DNA of 64,000 bases from Candidatus Woesearchaeota archaeon (GCA_018675975.1 JABGXB010000002.1:124001-188000); one strand, 5' to 3'. Counted from the stretch's first letter, positions 1-9,785 are shown. Numbers and translations are program-made. Notes: generated by a model from the sequence alone, not told the origin.

Positions 1-345
1 AAAATATTAATATCAAATTCTACAAAAACAGCCACTCAAGCAAAAGCAAATTTATACGATTTAAACTTTGATGGGGTTCACGGAGAATTTGAAGAGGGTA
101 AATCTAAGCCTTCAATATATATGGGAATAAAAGCCTTGGCTGAATTAACTAAAAAATATCCTTCTTTACAATTAAGTAAGCTTAAAATTATAAATATTGG
201 GGATAATGAAACAGATATGGAATTTGGATCTAATATTAGAGAGTTTTTTACAAATTATGAAATTGAAAATATTTTAGTTAATAGAAAAGGAAATACAAAT
301 TCAAAGTATGCAGATAGAATTATAGAAAGTTTTGAGGAATTATAA
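1..345 (+). CDS. HAD-superfamily hydrolase/phosphatase (5' partial)
   Basis: Frame is open from base 1: ISNS (motif II), KSKP (motif III), NIGDNETD (motif IV). Confidence 0.75.
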   Translation, partial: KILISNSTKTATQAKANLYDLNFDGVHGEFEEGKSKPSIYMGIKALAELTKKYPSLQLSKLKIINIGDNETDMEFGSNIREFFTNYEIENILVNRKGNTNSKYADRIIESFEEL

Positions 346-1358
346 TGGAAGAATTAAAATTAATTATTGAGAATAAATATGATATTAAAGTAAATAGCAT
401 AGAACAATTAAATATAAAGACATATAATAAATGTTATAAAATAAAATCTTTAGATAAAGAATATTTTTTTAAACATTTATTTAATAATGAAACAAAAAAT
501 TTTAAAGCAAAATTAATTGATCAATTAAAAATAATGAACTTTTTTAAAAACAAAGATATTGAAATAATGCTTCCAATAGAAAATAATAAAAATGAATTAT
601 TAACAGAACACAATTCTGAATTTTATTTATTATATGAATTTCAAAAAATTGATAATAAAAATCCAGATAACTGGGGAGAAATTGCTGCAAAAAAATTAGC
701 AGAATTTCATAAGATTGGATTTGAATTTAATGAAGAAGTAAATACTGGAACTTATCAATTAAATAAATCAATTCCAGATATAACTAATTTATTTCACCCT
801 AACAAAGATAAGCGTCCTTCAGTAATCTCAAGATTAAATGATTCTGAATTTTCAAAAAGATTAGAAAAAGATTTACCGTATTTAAAAGAATTAATTATAG
901 AAATATCTCATTATAATCATAAAGCTGAATTAGGGAAAAAATCAATATTACATTATGATTTAAATGAATCTAATATTTTATTTTCACAAGGTGAATTTTT
1001 TTCAATTACTGATTTTGATTTTTCACATGTTGGACATATTGAAACTGATTTAATTAAATTTGCAAGGTATGCATCATATTGTAAAAAAACAAATACAATA
1101 AATTTAAACAAATTTATTAATTATATAAATATATATAGACAAAGAGCAAAAGAATTAAATTTTGAAGTTATAATTGATAATAGAACTTTTTTTACATATT
1201 TATTGTTCATACCGTTAAGAAGATTAGTTTATGCAGCTGAACAAATATTAAAAGGAACTGAATTAGAATTTTTATATGATATAGATATAGAATTTTTAAA
1301 AAATATGAAATCTATTGAAAATGAATTTATGCAAATAGATTTTAATAAAAAAAATTGA
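345..1358 (+). CDS. Aminoglycoside phosphotransferase/choline kinase-like small-molecule kinase
   Basis: LAEFH, Brenner motif HYDLNESNILF and TDFD; start overlaps the upstream stop (TAATG). Confidence 0.8.
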   Translation: MEELKLIIENKYDIKVNSIEQLNIKTYNKCYKIKSLDKEYFFKHLFNNETKNFKAKLIDQLKIMNFFKNKDIEIMLPIENNKNELLTEHNSEFYLLYEFQKIDNKNPDNWGEIAAKKLAEFHKIGFEFNEEVNTGTYQLNKSIPDITNLFHPNKDKRPSVISRLNDSEFSKRLEKDLPYLKELIIEISHYNHKAELGKKSILHYDLNESNILFSQGEFFSITDFDFSHVGHIETDLIKFARYASYCKKTNTINLNKFINYINIYRQRAKELNFEVIIDNRTFFTYLLFIPLRRLVYAAEQILKGTELEFLYDIDIEFLKNMKSIENEFMQIDFNKKN

Positions 1359-2377
1359 TTAGTAAAATTATACACATAAAAAAAATGAAACAAACTAAAA
1401 AAGCCTTTTATCAAGTAAATGAATATTTAAGTTTATGGAAAAAAGCATTAGATGATAATGTTTTAAATGAAAATTTGAAACAAAAAGTCAAAAATGCAAG
1501 TCCATACACAAAAATATTAGATTTAGGTACTGGCTCTGGAACACAAATAAGAAGAAATATTGATGAGAATCTTATTGCAAACAATGGATTAATTATTGGT
1601 GTTGATGTAAATTATGATGGCTTATTAAGTTCTAAACATGATTATGAATTGTGGGCAAAAGAAAATGATTATGAACTAATATTTACAAAATGTGATTCTG
1701 CAGTTTTAAATTTTAAAGTTTCAAAAAATGATTTTAGTTGTTTAATTAAATTGTATAATGTTTCTGTTTATGATTTAAAGAGTTACCGATCAATAGGACA
1801 AAATTTTGATTTAGTGAATGCTTTATCTTTATTTGAACATACAGATATAGAAAAATCAATTAAAGTAGTAAAAAATTTAATGAATGATGGTGCATACTTA
1901 TATGCTCCAATAAATTATAATGGTATTACTCAAGTTCGACCTTTAGCTGATGACTTATCTGAGCAACAAGATAATAATTTAATGGAATTATTTAATGAAA
2001 TATTAATTAATACTCAAAATGTTGGTGGTGTTGATTATGGACAAAGTTTATGTGGAGATATATTACCAAAGATTGCAAAAGGTTTAGGTTTTACTATTAT
2101 TGGAATTGAAGATTCAAATTGGTTGATTACAAATAAATCAAGTAATTATCAAAAAAATGCATACGAAATGTTTTTGAATGCAATAAAAACAGAACTAATT
2201 AGTGCCAATAATAATGAACAATTAAAAATAAAACAAAAGTTAGAAATTAATTGTGAACTTATTGAATCATGGTATAGATCAGCATTAAAAAATTTTAAAT
2301 CAGGTGTAGGAACTTTTTTTTGTACTAATAAAGATATTCTTATACAAAAAAAATTGGGTGTATTTAATGATAATTGA
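1355..2377 (+). CDS. Class I SAM-dependent methyltransferase
   Basis: ILDLGTGSG motif I, GVD motif II, FDLV motif; real start may be the ATG near 1385. Confidence 0.8.
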   Translation: MISKIIHIKKMKQTKKAFYQVNEYLSLWKKALDDNVLNENLKQKVKNASPYTKILDLGTGSGTQIRRNIDENLIANNGLIIGVDVNYDGLLSSKHDYELWAKENDYELIFTKCDSAVLNFKVSKNDFSCLIKLYNVSVYDLKSYRSIGQNFDLVNALSLFEHTDIEKSIKVVKNLMNDGAYLYAPINYNGITQVRPLADDLSEQQDNNLMELFNEILINTQNVGGVDYGQSLCGDILPKIAKGLGFTIIGIEDSNWLITNKSSNYQKNAYEMFLNAIKTELISANNNEQLKIKQKLEINCELIESWYRSALKNFKSGVGTFFCTNKDILIQKKLGVFNDN

Positions 2378-3356
2378 AAATACAAATGATTTATGTTTAA
2401 TGGGTGATGAATATACAAAGTCTCAACTATTATTTACTGCCTTAGATATTAATATATTTGAAAAATTAAATAATAATAAATTGACAATTGATGAATTAAG
2501 TTCTGAATTAAATTTAAACTCAAATGCAATGGGTAGATTTGTTAATTGGTTTACTAAATTAAATTTATTGGAACAAAATGGAAACACTTTTTATAATTCT
2601 GATTTTACAAATAAATATTTAGTTCGTTCTAGTCCTGATAATTATGTTGAGTGGATTATTGGTTCAAAAGTTTTTCAAGAAACATTATGGCCAAAATTAA
2701 ATCAAGCATTAAAAACAGGATATGATCAATATGGAACTGAAAATCAAGAAATGTGGGATAAGTTTTATTCAAACAAAGAAGAATTATTAGAAGTTATGTC
2801 TGGTTTTGATTCTTTATCTAGAACTGTTGGGCGTAACATTATAAAACAATATAAATTTAAACATAATTCCACAATAGTTGATATTGGTGGTGGTTCTGGT
2901 GGACTTGCCTCTGAAATAAAAAAACAACATCCTTCATTAAATTGTGGAGTTGCTGATCGTGAAGATACAATTGATCTAGCAAAAAAACATTTTCCATATA
3001 ATATTAATCATTATGGTGTTGATTTTTTAAAACAAGATTTACCTAAAGCAGATTATATGATACTTTCATGGATTATTCATGATTGGGATGATGTGTCAAT
3101 TAAAAAAATATTAAGTAATTGTCATAAAAACTTAAATGAAGGTGGAAAAATAATGCTTATTGAATTATTACCTGAAGAAGATAATTCATTTGGTTATTGG
3201 GATATTATGGACGGTCATATGTTACTCTCAACTTCTGGAAAAGAAAGAACATTAGATGAATATAAACAATTAATGAAAGTTAATGGATTTGAATATTTAG
3301 ATAAATTTTCATTAAATAATGATTTTCGTAAAGTTATGGTGTATGAAAAAAAATGA
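2367..3356 (+). CDS. O-methyltransferase (Methyltransf_2 with dimerisation domain)
   Basis: N-terminal wHTH-like dimerisation region, VDIGGGSG, DF, WIIHDWDD, GKERT; ATG 2367 follows a GGGTG SD. Confidence 0.9.
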   Translation: MIIENTNDLCLMGDEYTKSQLLFTALDINIFEKLNNNKLTIDELSSELNLNSNAMGRFVNWFTKLNLLEQNGNTFYNSDFTNKYLVRSSPDNYVEWIIGSKVFQETLWPKLNQALKTGYDQYGTENQEMWDKFYSNKEELLEVMSGFDSLSRTVGRNIIKQYKFKHNSTIVDIGGGSGGLASEIKKQHPSLNCGVADREDTIDLAKKHFPYNINHYGVDFLKQDLPKADYMILSWIIHDWDDVSIKKILSNCHKNLNEGGKIMLIELLPEEDNSFGYWDIMDGHMLLSTSGKERTLDEYKQLMKVNGFEYLDKFSLNNDFRKVMVYEKK

Positions 3357-4204
3357 AAATTAAATGGATGATACATAGAAGTGAAAAACCTTTTTTACAA
3401 GAGAAAGAAGTATATAAAAGTTTAAACACAATTATTAAAAAACAATATCCAGAAATGGAATTTATTGATAATGGTGTACTTTTTTCTATTCATTATAAAA
3501 ATACTATAATTGATTTTGATTATGGTTATCATGATATGGAAAAGAGAGATTTTTCTGAATATAATTCTGTTATTTCTACTGGTATGTGTGCAATTTTTAA
3601 TCCTAATTTACAACCTGGGACATTATTCTTTGCAAAAGAATCAGATTTTATGAATATTGATACAAATAATAAAGAATTAAAAATTAAAGGTCCACGAGTA
3701 AATAAACATAATGAAATGTCTTTAATTTTTAAAAAACTTATTTCATATGAATCAACTCATGATACAAATGATTTAAAACAAACATTATATGATTTATTTG
3801 GCGATGAATTTGTTAATTTAAAACAATTAAATATACATGATGATGCAAAATATGTAACTGCAAATGGATTATTTAAGCCATCAGAATTAGGAGATTACGA
3901 TATTAAAAGAGAAGAAAATAATTCTGAGTCAAATGTTGATAATTTGAAAGAATATTTGGAAAAGAGTTATGATTGTTTAAATTGTGAAACTTATGGTTTA
4001 ATGAAAAATCCAACTGTTAATAATTTAATGATGTTTTCATTTGGATTAGATAAACCATATTCAGTTACTGAATTAACTGATGATATAAGAGCTGGTAAAG
4101 ATTTTTCTAAAAATTTACCAACATTTAATTTAGGTTTAACATTTTATTTTAAAACATTATTATTAAGTTCTGTTTTGGAAGATGGGGGAAATAATTTAAA
4201 ATGA
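3353..4204 (+). CDS. Hypothetical protein, possibly a divergent nucleoside phosphorylase / MTA-SAH nucleosidase fold
   Basis: ISTGMCAIFNPNLQPGTLF resembles INTGSAGGL..L..GD; CLNCETY resembles VEME; GLD resembles the ISD catalytic motif. Confidence 0.4.
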   Translation: MKIKWMIHRSEKPFLQEKEVYKSLNTIIKKQYPEMEFIDNGVLFSIHYKNTIIDFDYGYHDMEKRDFSEYNSVISTGMCAIFNPNLQPGTLFFAKESDFMNIDTNNKELKIKGPRVNKHNEMSLIFKKLISYESTHDTNDLKQTLYDLFGDEFVNLKQLNIHDDAKYVTANGLFKPSELGDYDIKREENNSESNVDNLKEYLEKSYDCLNCETYGLMKNPTVNNLMMFSFGLDKPYSVTELTDDIRAGKDFSKNLPTFNLGLTFYFKTLLLSSVLEDGGNNLK

Positions 4205-4884
4205 AATTAATAATACTTGATGGAATGCCAACTGTTGGTAAAACAACACTTGGTAGAAGATTAAAAGAAGAATTAAATAGTAAATTAACAGATTACAAAA
4301 TATTCTATTTTAATGATGATATAAAAAATAAATATAATATTGATATATTTAAAATAGTCAAAGATCAAGATTTAGATAAATTTAATTTAAATGGCGTAAC
4401 TACATATTTAAATTCAATTATTAATCAATTGTCAGATATTGAAAAAAAAGAAGGTAAGGATTGTATTTTTATTATTGATAGATTTCATATGTCATATTTA
4501 CCTTATGCAAAATCAAAAATAGAAGAATTTCATGAATTTGAAAAATCATTTAATGAATTTACATTTTATGGAATACTAGGATTTGATAATTTAAATCCAG
4601 AACTATTACACGATAGATTAAAAGGCTCTTTAAATTTAAGAAAAGATCATGGATTTAATTCACATTTTGAAAGAATTACTACTGATCCAAAAAAAGGAAA
4701 TACTCCAAAAGAAAGATTATTTACTCATTATGAGTTTAGAAATAATTTGTTTAAAGAATTCTATAATAAAACTTCTTTACAAAATAAATTATTTATCCCT
4801 GTTGATAATATTTCATTAGCTCATGAATATGATGATGTCTTTCAATTATTATATAATAAAATTTTAAGGTGGACACATGAATAG
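4201..4884 (+). CDS. Thymidylate/nucleoside-monophosphate kinase-like P-loop protein
   Basis: LIILDGMPTVGKTT Walker A and IIDRF (DR motif of dTMP/dNMP kinases). Confidence 0.7.
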   Translation: MKLIILDGMPTVGKTTLGRRLKEELNSKLTDYKIFYFNDDIKNKYNIDIFKIVKDQDLDKFNLNGVTTYLNSIINQLSDIEKKEGKDCIFIIDRFHMSYLPYAKSKIEEFHEFEKSFNEFTFYGILGFDNLNPELLHDRLKGSLNLRKDHGFNSHFERITTDPKKGNTPKERLFTHYEFRNNLFKEFYNKTSLQNKLFIPVDNISLAHEYDDVFQLLYNKILRWTHE

Positions 4885-5287
4885 TTGGTATTTTTTTTCA
4901 TTAATTACATTATTAATTTGGGGAGTGGGATCTTTTTTACCAAAAATTTCAACTAATTATATTTCCCCTAAGAGTGCATTAATGTTTGAAGTAATTGGTA
5001 CATTAATATTAGGATTAATAGTTTTTTTCTTTAATAAAGAATCAATTGATTTTAATTATATTGGAAGTAATGTTGCCATTATAGCAGGATTTTTAGGAAT
5101 TCTTGGATCATTTACATTTTTACTTGCACTAAAAAAAGGAAATGCAAATACAACAATTGCAATTACATCATTATATCCCTTACTTGCAATTTTATTATCT
5201 TCATTTTTTTTTAAAGAAGCATTAAAAATAAATCATATATTTGGAATTGTATTTTCAATTATTGCAATATATTTATTTTCATTTTAA
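4877..5287 (+). CDS. EamA/DMT-family small-molecule transporter (single EamA repeat)
   Basis: Five hydrophobic helices; WG, ALKKG, SLYP, FFKE motifs. Confidence 0.85.
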   Translation: MNSWYFFSLITLLIWGVGSFLPKISTNYISPKSALMFEVIGTLILGLIVFFFNKESIDFNYIGSNVAIIAGFLGILGSFTFLLALKKGNANTTIAITSLYPLLAILLSSFFFKEALKINHIFGIVFSIIAIYLFSF

Positions 5288-5368
5288 TAAAATTAATTAA
5301 TTATTTTGAATTTAATTTATATTACATATATTTTTCTATTAAATATTTAGTATTTTTTGAAATGTTAA

Positions 5369-5400
5369 TTTGGGAAAATTCCCACAAGGGATTTTCCAAA
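5369..5400. terminator. Hairpin between convergent genes (possible bidirectional terminator)
   Basis: TTTGGGAAAATTCCC-ACAA-GGGATTTTCCAAA imperfect inverted repeat. Confidence 0.45.
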
Positions 5401-5413
5401 AGCATATAAATTA

Positions 5414-6157
5414 TTACTTCTTACAGAAAAAAATTATTTCATTAGGATTTAAAGCAAACTTTTTAATTAAATTAATATCTATTTTTTTCTTTTTAACAGA
5501 AAACCCAACTGATTTAAGACGAGTAGGATAATCTAAACCATATATTCTAACATGATCGGATTGACCAAATATTTCTGCTCTTTCTTCACTATTAGTAATT
5601 GAAAGATCTTCAAAAGAATGTTTCATAATCGGTGAATAAGGAACTTGTAATATTGCCCAACCCTTTGGTTTTAATACACGATATAACTCACTCATTGCTT
5701 TTTTGTCATCAATAATATGTTCTAAAACATGATTACATATTATAGCATCAAAATGATTTTTAGGAAATCCTATATTTTGAATATCCATCTTAATTTTTGC
5801 AAGAGGATTATGTAAATCAGCAGAATGATATTTTATGTTCTTTTTTTCAATAATGTTTTTTAGATTGATTTCAGGCGCTATGTGAAGTAGTTTCATTTTT
5901 GGTTTTAACTTTAACAAATCATTAGATTTTAAAAAAAGATAAACAAGTCTTTCCCTATCACTGGATTTACAGAAAGGACAAATTGCATTATTTCTATATC
6001 CTCCACCAATAATCTTTTTTTCTTTCAAAATATTATAACTAAAACCCGTTGGCAAAAATTTATTATGTGAATGATTACAAAATGGACAAGCATATTTCGA
6101 ACCTTGCAAAGTTAATAACAAGGATTGAAATGTTTCAAGAATAATTTTTTTGATCAT
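5414..6157 (-). CDS. Class I SAM methyltransferase with N-terminal Zn ribbon
   Basis: Two CPFC motifs, LHIAPE, CNHVLEH, RVLKPKG, FGQSDHVRIYG; ATG 6157 preferred over TTG 6196. Confidence 0.85.
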   Translation of the reverse strand: MIKKIILETFQSLLLTLQGSKYACPFCNHSHNKFLPTGFSYNILKEKKIIGGGYRNNAICPFCKSSDRERLVYLFLKSNDLLKLKPKMKLLHIAPEINLKNIIEKKNIKYHSADLHNPLAKIKMDIQNIGFPKNHFDAIICNHVLEHIIDDKKAMSELYRVLKPKGWAILQVPYSPIMKHSFEDLSITNSEERAEIFGQSDHVRIYGLDYPTRLKSVGFSVKKKKIDINLIKKFALNPNEIIFFCKK

Positions 6158-6213
6158 AAATAACATTAAAATATAATTTATTATAAATTGTTGCAATACA
6201 TCTGAATTATTGC

Positions 6214-6295
6214 GCCTAACATTAAGGATAAAATAAATTCACGAAACAAATTTTGGAAATTTTAGCAAGAAATTTACTCTTAATCGCAGTTATAC
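6214..6295 (-). repeat. attC-like imperfect palindrome
   Basis: Minus strand GTATAAC-TGCG-ATTAAG...CTTAAT-GTTAGGC, directly upstream of the 6157 gene. Confidence 0.35.
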
Positions 6296-6433
6296 TTTTT
6301 TTCTGCAAAAAAAAAATGAGAAGCAAAGCGGGTTGAAAAATAGAGCATTCATCTAGCACGAAGTGCCATCAAAACCAAACATAAAGACTTGGGGGAGTAA
6401 ATATTTAAATATAACCTAATAGTTCAATTTATT

Positions 6434-7153
6434 ATGTCTCAATATGATAAATTTGCTAAAGAATATATTGCTATGAGAAGTAATATGTTTGACCAGAATA
6501 TGAATGCAGAATTTCCTGAAATGCTCCAATTATTAGGAGATATTAAAAGCCAAAAATTATTAGATTTAGGTTGTGGTTTTGGAGACTATGTAAAAATATA
6601 TTCTAAAAAAGGAGCAATCGTTACAGCAGTTGATAATTCAGAAAAAGAGATAGAACATGCACAAAAACTAAACATTCCAAATGCGAAATTTATAGTTTCT
6701 GATATCTCAAAGAAATTTCCATTTAAAGATTCCAGTTTTGATATAATTACATCAAGTTTAGTTTTTGATCATTTGGAAGATTTAATATATCTTTTTCAAG
6801 AATGTAATCGAGTTTTAAAAAATAAAGGAATCATGGTTTTTTCAGTATCAAATCCTGTATTTTATCAAGAAAAAAGCATAGTCGGAAAAATTAAGATTTT
6901 AGGCAAGAAAATAATTTTTGGCAATTACTTTGAGCGAAGAAAGATTGTTAGAAAATGGGGTGGAACAGCAACAATGGAACATTACCACAAACCCTTAGAA
7001 GATTATTTCTCTGCATTTTTAGAAAACGGATTTGAATTATTAAGCTTTAAAGAACCCCAATCAAAAACAGAAAAAATAACATGGCATTGTAAAAATCCAA
7101 CTTTTTTAGTATTCAAATTAAAAAAGTCATACATCGCTAACAAACCAAAATAG
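6434..7153 (+). CDS. Class I SAM-dependent methyltransferase (Methyltransf_11 type)
   Basis: LLDLGCGFG, AVD, FPFKDSSFDII, RVLKNKG. Confidence 0.9.
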   Translation: MSQYDKFAKEYIAMRSNMFDQNMNAEFPEMLQLLGDIKSQKLLDLGCGFGDYVKIYSKKGAIVTAVDNSEKEIEHAQKLNIPNAKFIVSDISKKFPFKDSSFDIITSSLVFDHLEDLIYLFQECNRVLKNKGIMVFSVSNPVFYQEKSIVGKIKILGKKIIFGNYFERRKIVRKWGGTATMEHYHKPLEDYFSAFLENGFELLSFKEPQSKTEKITWHCKNPTFLVFKLKKSYIANKPK

Positions 7154-7185
7154 TAAAATACTAATATTATTTTATGAATTTTGAA

Positions 7186-7290
7186 CTAATAACAAAGATA
7201 AAATGCACAAGAAATAAGACAATAGGAATCATAAAAAATAATCTTTCTTAACTTTTTAATTAGCTCACCACTATAATTATCAACATACAT
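7186..7290 (-). pseudogene. Probable truncated RelE/YafQ-like toxin remnant
   Basis: MYVDNYSGELIKKLRK starts 12 nt after the antitoxin stop, then runs into unrelated sequence and stops at 34 aa. Confidence 0.35.
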
Positions 7291-7301
7291 ATTTATATCC
7301 T

Positions 7302-7514
7302 TTAAAGTTCAGCTCTCGAAAAATGTTTTCCTTTAATAATTTTCTTCAACTTAGTTTTGTATTCAGGTTTTAACTGAACGTCTAAAAATGCCTCTTCATA
7401 TTCTTTTACTACTAAATTAATAGCCTGACTTTTATCTTTTAAACCAAATTTTGCTTTGACAATATTCAAAACCATATTTGTTTGTTTTTCAATATTTATA
7501 ACCGCTTGAACCAT
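7302..7514 (-). CDS. DUF2683-like antitoxin
   Basis: MVQAVINI..TNMVLNIVKAKFGLKDKSQAI..LKPEY pattern typical of this archaeal antitoxin family. Confidence 0.7.
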   Translation of the reverse strand: MVQAVINIEKQTNMVLNIVKAKFGLKDKSQAINLVVKEYEEAFLDVQLKPEYKTKLKKIIKGKHFSRAEL

Positions 7515-7583
7515 ATATATACCCCACATATAAGTATATATACCACATATATAAATATTTGGTTTGTTAAAAACTCAAATGTC

Positions 7584-7663
7584 GTTTAATATCGCAACTA
7601 AATACAGTCGCGAAGCGATTGGGACTAACGACGTCAGAAGTGAGTTATTTAGTTGTGTTAGAC
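7584..7663 (+). repeat. attC-like imperfect palindrome with GCGAAGC mini-hairpin
   Basis: GTTTAAT-ATCG-CAACTAAATA...TATTTAGTTG-T-GTTAGAC, with internal CAGTCGC-GAA-GCGATTG hairpin. Confidence 0.45.
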
Positions 7664-7775
7664 TAACTGAACGTAGTGAGAGTGCAACAGGATATATAAT
7701 TTTCATGAAGTAAAAATTTGAGAAGTTGATAAAAAGAATCCAAGACAAAGACGAGGCTAAATAATAAAAGAGCTA

Positions 7776-8324
7776 TTAAATCAATTTTTCCTTACTAATA
7801 ATTTCTTCTACTTTTAAATATAAAGACTCTGTACTACCATCATTTTGAATTAAATAGTCAACTTGCTTCATACAATCGGAAACTTTTTGCACAGATTCGC
7901 CATCATCCTTCCGTTCAATCTCTAAAAAGCTCTCAAAAGTAATTGGATCTCCAGTTTTTTGTCTACTTTTAACCCTTTCAAATCTTGCTTTGGGTGTTGC
8001 ATCAATTCCAATTAGTGCCATAGAGTAATTTGCTCTTAAATAATCAATTTGACCAACTTGCCTCATTCCAACAATAATAAGTAATTCTTCTGCATTATTA
8101 TTCAAAATTCTTCTAGCTAAATAATCATCACCATGAGTAGAAACTAATTCTCTTGATAAATTAATCAAGTTTTTTCTAGTAATTGGAATTCCTTTCTCTT
8201 TTGCTAAATCCTTCAGCTCAGAACTAATCTGATAAGAATTAATTTTAAGTTTATCTTGAAGATAAGTTGCAACAGAATCTTTTCCCGCTGCAATTGGTCC
8301 TATAACACCTATAACTTTTTGCAT
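7776..8324 (-). CDS. P-loop nucleotide kinase (dephospho-CoA/CMP kinase-like)
   Basis: VIGVIGPIAAGKD Walker A, GMR, RFERVKSR, IQNDGS. Confidence 0.75.
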   Translation of the reverse strand: MQKVIGVIGPIAAGKDSVATYLQDKLKINSYQISSELKDLAKEKGIPITRKNLINLSRELVSTHGDDYLARRILNNNAEELLIIVGMRQVGQIDYLRANYSMALIGIDATPKARFERVKSRQKTGDPITFESFLEIERKDDGESVQKVSDCMKQVDYLIQNDGSTESLYLKVEEIISKEKLI

Positions 8325-8588
8325 ATTTAATTGAAATTATCAGACTATTTAAAACTTCCTTAAGCCCTTTTTTTTTACTCCTTTTTATCCAGTGTGTTGA
8401 ACATACAGGTTTAGAAATGTTTAATTTTAGAGAGACAAAGTCCTAGAAAAATTCAATGTGCATGAAGACTGCAAGGTAGGAGATCTTTTTATTAAATATA
8501 TTAAGGGGCTTTGGTGGCTTCAAATTTTAATTTAAAAGTAGTTACCTAAATAAAAATTTATAAATTCATTTAATTCCCAAAATACAAT

Positions 8589-9149
8589 ATGGGAGAAACT
8601 ACATATATCATTATTGATAATTTGGAAAAAAGAATTTACACAGGACATAATCAGGATTTAAATCGTGTAATGTCTTCTTTATCTAAAAATCCAACTTCCA
8701 TAGAAGAATTTGACCAACATCAAAAAGAAACGGGAAGCAGATTATATGATGATGGAAATAGACCTAAAGTACCTGATAAATTGCCTATAGAAACCATGCG
8801 ACTCGTTTTTGGTATGGAGGAAGGAAAATTTTCTCCACAAGAAGTTGAAGACCATTGGAAAAAAACAAGTTTCTACGAAGGTCCAAATTATAAATCTTAC
8901 AAACCTAATGATCGAACAAAACATGACATTCCAGAATTAACTCAAGAGATAATCGATGAATGGAAGCAAGAAGATCCTAATGCTGAAGAATTTCTAACAG
9001 CAAACGATTATAGAAGGTTTTTATGTAATGATGGAATTGTTGTTGCAGATTTAAGAATAAAAAAATTAAGATATATTTCTTATGGTGCATTTAAGATTCC
9101 AAAAAACGAATACGCTCTGCCTTCTGAATGGGAAATTCTAATTGAATAA
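8589..9149 (+). CDS. Hypothetical protein
   Basis: 186-aa ORF with a TTTATAAA box about 25 nt upstream; no recognised motif. Confidence 0.6.
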   Translation: MGETTYIIIDNLEKRIYTGHNQDLNRVMSSLSKNPTSIEEFDQHQKETGSRLYDDGNRPKVPDKLPIETMRLVFGMEEGKFSPQEVEDHWKKTSFYEGPNYKSYKPNDRTKHDIPELTQEIIDEWKQEDPNAEEFLTANDYRRFLCNDGIVVADLRIKKLRYISYGAFKIPKNEYALPSEWEILIE

Positions 9150-9236
9150 TATTACACATAACATCACGATTATTCTAAGTTGGCGGAACGAAGTGGAGCA
9201 AGTTGAATGTTTGTTCACTCATAAAAAAGAAAACAT

Positions 9237-9785
9237 CTATTGGAGTTGACCACTTAAGTTTGGAGGTTGAACTCCTGTTTGATTATTATATTGAGTCTGA
9301 TTTTTTTGTTGAATTTGTTCTGTCAATTTGTGGAAAACAACCATTGCTATTGGAATATTTGGTTTTATTATTAAATTAAAATTTCCAATATTTTTCAGTT
9401 CTAAAGTTATTGATCTTGAATGTTCATGATTTCCATCAATCGTATCTGATGAACAATGAATAAGTAATCCAAGTCTTGCAATGGTACTTCTTCCATCAAG
9501 TTTTCCTACAATGTCTTTTGATAAGTGAATACTTTCAACGGTAGTTCCAAGAACAAATTCTCCTGGTTTAAGAGTATAACCCTCTTCATTAATTTTGATT
9601 TTTTCATATTTTATATCAGATGAATTAGAAAGATCTACTATTTGATTGGGAACAGGTACTAATAATTCATCACCAAGATGTAACCTAATTCCTGCAGGTC
9701 TAATATTCTTATTATCAAAAGTAGGAAGAATTTTTATTTTTCCATTTTCAATAAATTCTTTAATGGTTACATCTGAAAAAATCAT
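9237..9785 (-). CDS. dcd: dCTP deaminase
   Basis: LGTTVE, GRSTIARLG, ITLE, Y..Q.G motifs of the trimeric dCTP deaminase family. Confidence 0.9.
   Translation of the reverse strand: MIFSDVTIKEFIENGKIKILPTFDNKNIRPAGIRLHLGDELLVPVPNQIVDLSNSSDIKYEKIKINEEGYTLKPGEFVLGTTVESIHLSKDIVGKLDGRSTIARLGLLIHCSSDTIDGNHEHSRSITLELKNIGNFNLIIKPNIPIAMVVFHKLTEQIQQKNQTQYNNQTGVQPPNLSGQLQ

Noticed and set aside
7776..9785. P-loop kinase plus dCTP deaminase as an AvcD-like nucleotide-depletion defence system
   Set aside because: This Dcd is the housekeeping trimeric dUTPase-fold type, not the Zn-dependent deaminase, and the genes are separated by an oppositely oriented ORF.
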